Position numbers and translations under genes: made by a program. The notes beneath the pieces are model-generated. The model saw nothing but the letters and a program-made list of their open reading frames with translations. It was not told where the DNA came from and did not search any database. A stretch of DNA of 64,000 bases, taken from IMG/VR virus record IMGVR_UViG_3300009164_000047, positions 1 to 64,000 of that record; one strand, 5' to 3'. This DNA comes from a virus. Below are positions 1 through 8,133 of the stretch, piece after piece. The first letter of the stretch is position 1; every line of letters starts with the position of its first letter.

Positions 1-960
1 GTCAACAAATGCCATAGCCATGTGACTTGGCATGTTACCAACGTCAATTTTAAAAACTCTACGCTCAGGGGCACGGCTTATACGATATATAAGAATAGCA
101 TCTTCAAGCAATTCTTTTTGCTTGTATACTTTGAAAATATTTTCTAAGATACTTTGTCCAAACGGCCAAAAGCGGTCTAAGCCTTCAGTCAAACTCAAAT
201 GCATAATGTGTTTAGCATCAATTGCAGATTCATTCAACCCCAATGCAAAACGACTACCAGCAGTACCTGTAGGGCTACTTGGAACTGAGTAACCACCTGA
301 ACTACCTCCGCCACCTGTACCGCCAAAACCAGTGCTTGGATTAGTTGCAAAGTCTGTGCTGACTTTCTGTGCTACTGTTAAGTTTTGTAGATTGATATTA
401 ATATCTTTAAGAACATATTGTTCTGGAAGCTTACCTTCACTTTCGTTAACAATGACTTTAGTTACTTTAGTCATGTCAACCCAATATAGTTTGAAGTTTT
501 CTGGATCACGTAAGAAAACCTGATCCCCGTATTTGATAGCATTTCTAAAGATTTTAAATGCTCTAGTGTCAAATTCGTTTAATTTGCACCATTGTTGTAG
601 TTGCTTAGTGATGATTTCAACTTCATGGGGAGTTGGATCTTCTTTAAATTCTATGTTGAATGGTGTATTGTTATGTTCGTTTTTCTGAGTACTAAACTCA
701 GCAATGATGTCCAAACATGCGTTAACTTCTGCGTCAACGTCCATCATTTCATATTGATTATAACGTTCAATACGATTTGGGTGACCAGTATAAACTTCTG
801 GTAAGCGACTTTGATAGTTCTTGTATCCAAAGTCTTGATTATTGTAACCACCGTCAGAGTTGCCACCGCCGTTCCAACTACCCTTATTACTGTTGTTTCC
901 AGAAATAGGACTAAGAACACCGTTTGGGTTAGGATCGGAAAAACGCTTTTTATATGCCAT
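1..960 (-). CDS. Portal protein, T4 gp20-like (3' part runs off the window)
   Basis: Not in the ORF track because it is open-ended. Manual translation from ATG at 960 gives MAYKKRFSDPNP...YEMMDVDAEVNACLDIIAE...LEDAILIYRISRAPERRVFKIDVGNMPSHMAMAFVD, matching the gp20 hallmark IYRxxRAPERRVFxIDVGN. Confidence 0.93.
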   Translation of the reverse strand, partial: MAYKKRFSDPNPNGVLSPISGNNSNKGSWNGGGNSDGGYNNQDFGYKNYQSRLPEVYTGHPNRIERYNQYEMMDVDAEVNACLDIIAEFSTQKNEHNNTPFNIEFKEDPTPHEVEIITKQLQQWCKLNEFDTRAFKIFRNAIKYGDQVFLRDPENFKLYWVDMTKVTKVIVNESEGKLPEQYVLKDININLQNLTVAQKVSTDFATNPSTGFGGTGGGGSSGGYSVPSSPTGTAGSRFALGLNESAIDAKHIMHLSLTEGLDRFWPFGQSILENIFKVYKQKELLEDAILIYRISRAPERRVFKIDVGNMPSHMAMAFVD

Positions 961-975
961 CAAGTATTTAGCTTT

Positions 976-3573
976 TTAAGCTGCCATGTATGTTTTTATG
1001 CTATGTTGCAACAAATTACTCTTATCCATACTAGTAATTAAATCATCAAATTGACTGTCAATCATACTCAATAATTCTAAATCTAAGTCATCTTTGTTAT
1101 CAGTATTTTGTTTTGATGTAAATGATTGCATAGTAGATTTGGGTTTAATGGTATTTCTAATCTCAGAAAATGTATTTTCTTTAAATTCTGGTGGCAGATT
1201 AATAGGGATAGTTCCATTGAATAATTCAATCAATGCTTCACGCCCGTGCATTTCAATCTCTTTACCTTGTATCATACTCTTACCAAACTTAGCTTTTTCA
1301 ATATGTACCGGGTCGTTTCTATATGGGCGTCTAAGTCCTGCTCTTTGTAGTATTCCTCTACCCTCCATCCAATCCAATTGATCCTTACTAACGTCAACCG
1401 CAGTAGAACTCATATGAGGAGTTTCTTTTACATCAGGATTTGCCGGAGTATTTACATTTCCGTGACCGGGAACATAGACCATTGGTTTACCAGGACCACC
1501 ACCTGCTTTAAGCCAACCCTGATACAATGATTTTTGTTCGTCATATGAACGAAAAGATGATGTTAGCATTAATTTTTTATTAGTTTGTTTAAAATATTCT
1601 TGAGCCAATAATGTTACATTCTTAGCTAATCCTGGATTTCTACTAGAAAATTGTGCCCAATTTTGTGCAGAACCTGATCCTGAACCAAATTCAATATACT
1701 TGGCTGCTTCACCTAAATCAGTTTTTAATATTCTGTCATTTAAATTTTGTTTATTTTGATCTTTTTCGTGGTCACTTAATGCTCTTTCACCGGCAGTAGT
1801 AGCAGTTGTTGAGGCAGTATATCCTTTATCAATTTTATCTTTTCTTTCTTGCAGTTTTGCTCTCTCTGCTTCTAATTGTTGAATAGAAGTTCCACTTTCT
1901 ATATTTTTGTCTCTCTCATCTTTTGCTATCGTTTCAGCTTCTCTTGCGGCGTTCATTGCTTTTAGTGCTTTATCTCTTTCTGCCTCAGGCGCACCTTTTT
2001 TCACAAGATTTTTATAGTTACTTTCTGCTTGTTTTCTACTTTCTTCTGCGGCTTTCAATTTATTGTTTGGTGCCTTAACTCTTTCAATTCTAGCATCCAT
2101 TTCAGCTAATTGCTTTGCGGCATCAGCCTTCATACCTTCAAGTTGTTTTGGGTTACCAATTAGTAACATCATTTTTTCAAAGCCTTCGGTATACTTACCA
2201 CCACCAATAATTCTACCAAAATCTGCAATAGCAAACGCAGTTTTCTTAACAGTTTCAACTAATAAATTAAATCCTGTTAATGCAAATGGCATCATTTTTT
2301 GAACTACAGTGTCTTTGACAAAACCCATTTCTCGTTCAGCATCAATCATTGTATTTTTTGCATCAATTATCTTATCAGGTTCATTTGCTTTTTCAGCAAT
2401 AAGTTTTTTAGCATCTTCTTCTGTTTTTATTCCGGCAAGTTTTTCTGTTTCCTGAAATACTCTGCCATTAATACCTGATGCATTTTGTAAATCTTTTGAA
2501 ACTGATAATACATCTTTATTTTTCTTTGCATAGTTTTGATATGCAACTCCTACTTCTCTAGCAGCCTCGGCTCCAGTCATTGTACCATCTTCAACTGCTT
2601 TTGCTATTTGAGCGGCTCTGTCACCCATAACCAGCATCATCTTTTTACCTTCTTCAGTAGTAGCAGTTCCATTTGCAATCCAGTCAGCCATACCCTTATT
2701 AAGTTCAGGACTAACTTTATCTAACAATGATAATACAACACCAAAATTATCTGCCGCTTTGCTATTACCACTTTTTATCAATTCTCTCATCTTAATTTGA
2801 TAAGAAGTATTTGATTTAAGTCCGGCTAATCTAGTTGCTGCCTGATCTCTACTTTCACCGGTTAGCACACTCAATGTAGTTAGTGTGTCTACATAAGATA
2901 AGGTACTTTTTCTTAATGCTCTATCATCTTCACCAATTTTCACTCCATACCCAGTTAAATATTTTACACCCTCTGCTTGATATTTCATCAGCATCTCTGG
3001 ATTTAGACCTTGTTTTAAATACTTTAATTGGTCTTCTCTGTTATCAAAAACTTTTGCTAATCTTTCGGCTGCTTTTCCTGTATTAGGACCTAAATACTTT
3101 AATGATTCTCCTACAGAGTTGAAAGACTCCATTAACTTACCAGCTTTATCTATAGGATATCCGGCTGACTTAGCCATATTGACTAGATCAGTAGTAGTCT
3201 TGGTAGCAGATATACCTACACCAGACACACTGTCCTGTAGCTTCATTACAGTGTCAACTTGCTTAAACACTCCGCCTACTAATGCATCTGCAATTGAAAG
3301 AAGCCCTTCAACCCCTGCAGCTACATTTCTTATTGTGCCGTTTTTTGATGAGCCAAAATGATTAGTTAAACTACTAAAAGACCTTTCTATACTAATATTC
3401 CATTTTGATACATCATCTCCGGCAGTTGTTATTGCTTTACTTACACCACCGGTTATACTAGACAAATCCCTAAAGGTAGCCTTACCAAAGTTCTTTAAAC
3501 GTTTTGCTAGTTTGGCAGTTTCAGCATTTAACTGTTGTGCATTACTACTAAATTCATTTATTTCATTTGACAT
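976..3573 (-). CDS. Tape-measure-like helical virion protein with C-terminal M15 (VanY/Ply500-like) zinc peptidase
   Basis: Long Ala/Lys-rich helical sequence. The C-terminal LTSSFRSYDEQ..H-x6-D (PHMSSTAVD)..DPVHIE fits the M15 zinc-ligand pattern. Paralogous to the upstream gene. Confidence 0.7.
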   Translation of the reverse strand: MSNEINEFSSNAQQLNAETAKLAKRLKNFGKATFRDLSSITGGVSKAITTAGDDVSKWNISIERSFSSLTNHFGSSKNGTIRNVAAGVEGLLSIADALVGGVFKQVDTVMKLQDSVSGVGISATKTTTDLVNMAKSAGYPIDKAGKLMESFNSVGESLKYLGPNTGKAAERLAKVFDNREDQLKYLKQGLNPEMLMKYQAEGVKYLTGYGVKIGEDDRALRKSTLSYVDTLTTLSVLTGESRDQAATRLAGLKSNTSYQIKMRELIKSGNSKAADNFGVVLSLLDKVSPELNKGMADWIANGTATTEEGKKMMLVMGDRAAQIAKAVEDGTMTGAEAAREVGVAYQNYAKKNKDVLSVSKDLQNASGINGRVFQETEKLAGIKTEEDAKKLIAEKANEPDKIIDAKNTMIDAEREMGFVKDTVVQKMMPFALTGFNLLVETVKKTAFAIADFGRIIGGGKYTEGFEKMMLLIGNPKQLEGMKADAAKQLAEMDARIERVKAPNNKLKAAEESRKQAESNYKNLVKKGAPEAERDKALKAMNAAREAETIAKDERDKNIESGTSIQQLEAERAKLQERKDKIDKGYTASTTATTAGERALSDHEKDQNKQNLNDRILKTDLGEAAKYIEFGSGSGSAQNWAQFSSRNPGLAKNVTLLAQEYFKQTNKKLMLTSSFRSYDEQKSLYQGWLKAGGGPGKPMVYVPGHGNVNTPANPDVKETPHMSSTAVDVSKDQLDWMEGRGILQRAGLRRPYRNDPVHIEKAKFGKSMIQGKEIEMHGREALIELFNGTIPINLPPEFKENTFSEIRNTIKPKSTMQSFTSKQNTDNKDDLDLELLSMIDSQFDDLITSMDKSNLLQHSIKTYMAA

Positions 3574-3575
3574 GA

Positions 3576-5894
3576 TTATCCTCTAGCATGATCTAAAAGT
3601 TCAGTTTGTAAATTGTTATTAAGTCTAATTCGTTCTAACAATGTATCTAATTTGTCAGTAACTGATTGTAGGACTCCGGTTGTTTTATTAGTTGATGTGG
3701 ATCCCCCAAACGTAGATAAAGATTGTTCGTCATCACTACCTTTAAGCATATTCATCATACTAGTCATCATATCAGTTAATTGTGAGGTGTCAGTTAATGG
3801 ATTATTTTTGTTACCCGTCAAATCTGCTGGCATAGAAGCCATACTCATATCGTTCTTAAACGATACCGGAATAGTATCTCCGCTAGGTAAGGGAACAACT
3901 GCAAAGTCTTTACCTTTTGGTAATTGTTTTCTATAGCCGGACATAGGTCCATCAAAAACCCCACCGGTTAGCTTGCTTGAATTATTGCTGGCTCCGTCAC
4001 CAGTAGTTCCACCAAATTTGAATTCTGGTACAGGGGCGTCTTGATTTACAGTAGACGTTGCACTCTTAGCTTGTTTGGGATTAAGTTTAGTGTTTCTTTT
4101 AGATGGTGCAGGTGCGGTTGTATTGTCCGCCTTGGGTGCAGGAAGTGCATCTCCGGATGTTTTGTAAACTGGGAGATTACGTTTTTTTGCTTCCTCTTGC
4201 CAAAATGCTGTTTGTTTTTTTAAATCAGCTACTTCTTGGGTTAAACTATCTAGACGAGGAGAGGTGCCGTCTTCATTGACTAGAGGAGCTTTAGATTCTT
4301 CGTCTAACAATTTTTGTTTCTTTTCAAGTTGGTCTAAAAATATATACTGTTTTTTCTCAACTTCTTCATCAGGTGTTACAGCCGTTATAAAATCATCAAA
4401 GTTTAAACCAAGTTGCTTTGCTAATGGACTTGCCATAAATCCAATTGCTAATTCTCTAATAGCAAGCATCGCTCCCTTAAATGCGTCTATTACCATTGGC
4501 AAGGTTAATTTTAAAAGTGTGTCCATCATCTTTGCTAATTGGTCAGTTGTATTTTTTACAGTATTTGAGAAATCAGTATAAGGATCTACTTTCTTCATTT
4601 TTTCATCAATAGCAGACTTAGTTGCGTCTAGTTGACCTTCGACCATTTTCTTAGCTGTATTTTCAAGAGTCTTTGTACCAATACCCATTGAATTTCTAAG
4701 TTCACCACTTGCCTTTAAGGCCGCGCCCATACTTATAAGAGTAGCTTCACCGCTTTCATTCAATTTATTAATAAATTCTTCTGGACTTAACTTACCGCTC
4801 TTAAACTCATTTGTCCAAGTAACAAATGCACCCTGTGTTCTGGTTGACAATGCTTGTGCTTCTGCACTGATAGCCGCACCATTTGCATATACATCTCTAA
4901 ATGCTTTCTGTGCAGATTCATCTACATTTGAACCAATAAGAGATGACATAGTTTGAACTAACTCTCGCTGTTTCATTCCTGCTTCACTATCACCCAATTG
5001 ACGTAGTGACATATTAAATGCAAAATCGTCTAAATCTTTTTGGCGTGATTGTTGTAGTGCTTCAGTAGTCTCGCCGGTAATAGCACTTAACACTGATAAG
5101 TTTTTTGTATAGTCAGTTGATTGTTTTACTAATGTGTCATCAACTTTTTTTCTACCAAAACCTAATGCACCTTGCTCTTTCATAAAAGAAGCTTGTGCAT
5201 TTAATAATTTTTCTTGACTAAAACCTAAATTAGCAAATTCGTTACGAGTCTTTTGTTGGTCTGCTAAACTATCAGTATTAAAACTTGCTAACTGTGTGAA
5301 AGTTTTAATACCCTCACCTGATGTTGCCCCTAACTTGAGTAAATCACCACCTAAACTTGTGATGGTTTTCACCATCATCTGAGATTGTCCATTGATGGTA
5401 TTGAACCCCGCATCGTTGAACATTCCCTCAAGTTCAGTTGAAGTGAATTGTGCCGCAGCACCTAAATCACCCAATTTATTGAAGTTACCAACTATCTTAT
5501 CTACTTGTGATAAATTAGCACCAACTAAAGCAGTAAACGCTTTGACTGCTAAACCAAGAACTACACCCAAAGGACCAAATGCCGCAGTTGCTAGACTTGA
5601 TAATCCCGATCCGGCAGCTTCTATTGCTCCGTTGTATTTTGATAAACTGTCGTCATTTTGAGTAAGTGCTTTAGAAAAACTTATTGCACTTTGTCCTAAT
5701 GACCTAAACCCAGCTTCGGCTTGCGCTATAGATGCTGATACAGCAGAGTCTCCACCTCTTATATCCTCAGCTGCCGTACCCATATTGGCAGCGGCACTTT
5801 GAGTAGCACTAGACAGAGACCTGGCACTTCTGTCAATCTCTTGTTTAGTATCTTCGTTCAGTCGTCTTGCTTCTTCTTCTGGATTTGTTGCCAT
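3576..5894 (-). CDS. Tape-measure-like virion protein (paralog of 976-3573)
   Basis: Helical protein sharing blocks with its neighbour (YTKNLSVLSAITGE vs YVDTLTTLSVLTGE; C-terminal IPV..LDxL..NxLQ). ATG at 5894 is preferred over TTG at 5909. Adjacent to the gp26-like chaperone. Confidence 0.6.
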   Translation of the reverse strand: MATNPEEEARRLNEDTKQEIDRSARSLSSATQSAAANMGTAAEDIRGGDSAVSASIAQAEAGFRSLGQSAISFSKALTQNDDSLSKYNGAIEAAGSGLSSLATAAFGPLGVVLGLAVKAFTALVGANLSQVDKIVGNFNKLGDLGAAAQFTSTELEGMFNDAGFNTINGQSQMMVKTITSLGGDLLKLGATSGEGIKTFTQLASFNTDSLADQQKTRNEFANLGFSQEKLLNAQASFMKEQGALGFGRKKVDDTLVKQSTDYTKNLSVLSAITGETTEALQQSRQKDLDDFAFNMSLRQLGDSEAGMKQRELVQTMSSLIGSNVDESAQKAFRDVYANGAAISAEAQALSTRTQGAFVTWTNEFKSGKLSPEEFINKLNESGEATLISMGAALKASGELRNSMGIGTKTLENTAKKMVEGQLDATKSAIDEKMKKVDPYTDFSNTVKNTTDQLAKMMDTLLKLTLPMVIDAFKGAMLAIRELAIGFMASPLAKQLGLNFDDFITAVTPDEEVEKKQYIFLDQLEKKQKLLDEESKAPLVNEDGTSPRLDSLTQEVADLKKQTAFWQEEAKKRNLPVYKTSGDALPAPKADNTTAPAPSKRNTKLNPKQAKSATSTVNQDAPVPEFKFGGTTGDGASNNSSKLTGGVFDGPMSGYRKQLPKGKDFAVVPLPSGDTIPVSFKNDMSMASMPADLTGNKNNPLTDTSQLTDMMTSMMNMLKGSDDEQSLSTFGGSTSTNKTTGVLQSVTDKLDTLLERIRLNNNLQTELLDHARG

Positions 5895-5907
5895 GTGTTT
5901 TTTGACC

Positions 5908-5932
5908 AATAAATATATGTAATTGTATTTAG
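5908..5932. promoter_or_regulatory. Face-to-face pair of gp55-type late promoter cores (TAAATA-N10-TATTTA)
   Basis: AATAAATA on + (5908-5915) and CTAAATA on - (5926-5932) in the gap between divergent structural genes. Resembles the T4 late consensus TATAAATA. Confidence 0.6.
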
Positions 5933-5962
5933 TGTATAAAAACTACCATTTTAGGAGAAATA

Positions 5963-6793
5963 ATGAGTTTAGAAAATAACCCTTTAAAGCAGTATTTCCG
6001 TCGCCCGGGAATTTATTTAAAATTACCCAGCGGTGGATTAGGATATGAACCGGGAGTAATTGAATTTCCAGAGACCGGAGACTTGCCTGTGTATCCAATG
6101 ACTGCGATTGACGAAATCACTAGCAAAACTCCAGATGCGTTGTATAACGGAACTGCTGTAGTAGATATCATTACTAGTTGCATTCCATCAATTAAACAAC
6201 CATGGAAAGTAACCTCAGTTGATTTAGATGCTATCTTAGTAGCAATTAAAATTGCAACAAATGGTTCTGAAATGGAGATTGAAACTACTTGCAATAAATG
6301 TGAGGAAGAATCAAAGTACGGGGTAAACTTAAGTATGGTTTTGAATAATTTCAGACCCGGTGATTATGAAAACGGACTAGTAATAGACCAATTGAAAATA
6401 AAGTTTCGCCCACTAACTTACAAAATATTAGCTGGTAGTAGTGTAAAACAATTTGAAATACAAAAAGGTATCATTTACATTAACAGCTTACCTGACGGCT
6501 TTGAAAAAGACGAAAAGTCAAATGAATTGTTAAAAACAATAACAGACTCAACAGTTGATGTATTAGTAGATACTATTGATTGTGTGATTACTCCGGAATC
6601 AATAGTAAACGATAGAGCATTTATTATGGAATTCATTATGAACACTGATAAGAAAACTTTTGAAGCTATCAGAGACCATAGTGTAAAATTGCGTGAAAGT
6701 ACACAAACTCAACCATTACACATAACATGTACTCATTGCAATAATGAGTATGACCAAGCATTCACATTGAATGTAAGCGATTTTTTCGCTTAA
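5963..6793 (+). CDS. Baseplate hub assembly protein, T4 gp26-like
   Basis: NPLKQYFRRP..LPS, YPMTAIDE, DLDAILVAIKIAT, two CxxC pairs (CNKC, CTHC), C-terminal DFF. Strong SD AGGAG. Confidence 0.8.
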   Translation: MSLENNPLKQYFRRPGIYLKLPSGGLGYEPGVIEFPETGDLPVYPMTAIDEITSKTPDALYNGTAVVDIITSCIPSIKQPWKVTSVDLDAILVAIKIATNGSEMEIETTCNKCEEESKYGVNLSMVLNNFRPGDYENGLVIDQLKIKFRPLTYKILAGSSVKQFEIQKGIIYINSLPDGFEKDEKSNELLKTITDSTVDVLVDTIDCVITPESIVNDRAFIMEFIMNTDKKTFEAIRDHSVKLRESTQTQPLHITCTHCNNEYDQAFTLNVSDFFA

Positions 6794-6829
6794 GGCTTCT
6801 ATACCTTGACCCCGAAGGTATCGGGAAGC
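6781..6829 (+). other. Candidate programmed -1 ribosomal frameshift site (T TTT TTC + 7-nt spacer + hairpin)
   Basis: Slippery heptamer 6781-6787 in the correct register. Hairpin GCTTCTATACCTT/AAGGTAT(CG)GGAAGC at 6795-6829. The -1 frame is stop-free into ORF 6832-7017. Confidence 0.75.
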
Positions 6830-6831
6830 TG

Positions 6832-7017
6832 ATGGATGGTATGGAACGGGATATAAAGGCTATTAAGAAGAACTCTGTACGTATAGCCTGGTATATGCGT
6901 GGAGCCTTAACCTATGAGGATGTACTCAATCTCAGTGCTGATGAACTAAAATCGGTTAATGAAATTATTGAAGAAAACTTAGAAACTACTAAGAAAACAC
7001 AGATGCCGTTCTTCTAA
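6832..7017 (+). CDS. gp51-like hub assembly chaperone segment, probably the frameshifted C-terminus of the gp26-like protein
   Basis: WYMRGALTYEDVLNLS..E motif typical of the small ORF after gp26. The frame is open from at least 6781. Confidence 0.7.
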   Translation: MDGMERDIKAIKKNSVRIAWYMRGALTYEDVLNLSADELKSVNEIIEENLETTKKTQMPFF

Positions 7018-7536
7018 TCCATGGTATATCATTTGTTATTATTACGGTAATCACCCTATTCATTAATTGAGAGATGAACGCAGTTCATCTAAGTACTCGC
7101 TATCGCTCGTCCTTAATTGTTTACGGTTATCTAGTTTACTAATTGTAATTTGATAATTTGTATTAAGGACTATATTGCCGCTTTGAAGCCATGGTAGTGC
7201 TATTCAGCACTACCAATGGTAAAGGTATGTTTGCCATGCCCGTCATCCATAGTCATCTCTTCCCCGGATAATCAACTCTTTTCTGTTATTATTCGCCACC
7301 GGTTGCTCTGTAGGGTTTTTGGGACTGTAGTTGAAGCTATTAGGTTCTGCCTAATTCTTCAGCAACGCATGTTACATATTCGCAAGATAAAGTAAAATAT
7401 GTACTCATTGAAGGTTCGCTTTGACGAGAGCCTTCTCGGTGTTCCGTACCATTACTGATACGCATACTCCAGAATCCGACGGCACAGCACAATCTGTACA
7501 ATCTCAAGGAGGACTTGCAACCAAGCCTACGATTTT
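7018..7536 (-). ncRNA. Candidate large structured non-coding element (RNA and/or origin), family unknown
   Basis: About 520 nt with no ORF of 60 aa or more in a gene-dense genome, with at least 7 hairpins. G-U pairs and a GUAA tetraloop favour the minus strand. Confidence 0.5.
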
Positions 7537-8103
7537 TTAAATGTCAATAGTTAGATTTGACTTTGTGTCTGTGTTTATATTTGACTTTGTGTCTGCTGAA
7601 TATGTTTGTACTAATTTGGTATTGTGTTTAAAGAATGAATCGAATTCCATGATGTACCAGTCACTAAACTTTTCACTTCCGTAGAAGAAGAAATTGTCAG
7701 TGATCCATGTTAGCTTGCATTGCACAGCAACATAACGACCCTTACGATTAAATTTCATAAAAAGAATATTCAAATCGTCTGGATCGGCTACATCAAGTAG
7801 TTGTTCTAACCAAGAATCCAATATTTTGTGTTCACCTGATAATAATAAGTGAAAGGGAAAATCAGCATAAAACTTACATTCTACGTTCATCTTCGGAAAG
7901 CTTTGTCCGGGCACAATATCACCCTTAAAGCTACGAATCTGACCTTCATGTAGAAACTGAGTTCTGGACTGATTCTTGCCACCAACATAAGCTCCGGAAC
8001 CAGGAGCTCGAATAAAGCTTTCGCTATATTTTTCGCTTAGATATTTTGCGATTTCTCGCTCAAATCCTGATCCTTTGTTCTTGCTCGGTGATGACATAGA
8101 CAT
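7537..8103 (-). CDS. Holliday junction resolvase (PD-(D/E)XK, Hjc-like)
   Basis: SKNKGSGFEREIA...GDI...VECK motifs; next to gp46/47. Confidence 0.8.
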   Translation of the reverse strand: MSMSSPSKNKGSGFEREIAKYLSEKYSESFIRAPGSGAYVGGKNQSRTQFLHEGQIRSFKGDIVPGQSFPKMNVECKFYADFPFHLLLSGEHKILDSWLEQLLDVADPDDLNILFMKFNRKGRYVAVQCKLTWITDNFFFYGSEKFSDWYIMEFDSFFKHNTKLVQTYSADTKSNINTDTKSNLTIDI

Positions 8104-8133
8104 ATACTTATCTCTTATCAGTGACTTTCAAAT

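Noticed and set aside
32-1041. Short plus-strand ORFs
   Set aside because: Antisense to the portal gene.
7018-7536. RNase P RNA, group I/II intron or retron msr-msd
   Set aside because: Only a vague AAACCC..GAGCAA resemblance. No GAGGAAAGUCC/P4, no intron core recognised, no interrupted gene and no reverse transcriptase in the window.
7557-7595. 15-bp direct repeat TTGACTTTGTGTCTG
   Set aside because: A small in-frame duplication (DTKSN x2) in the resolvase tail with no evidence of function.
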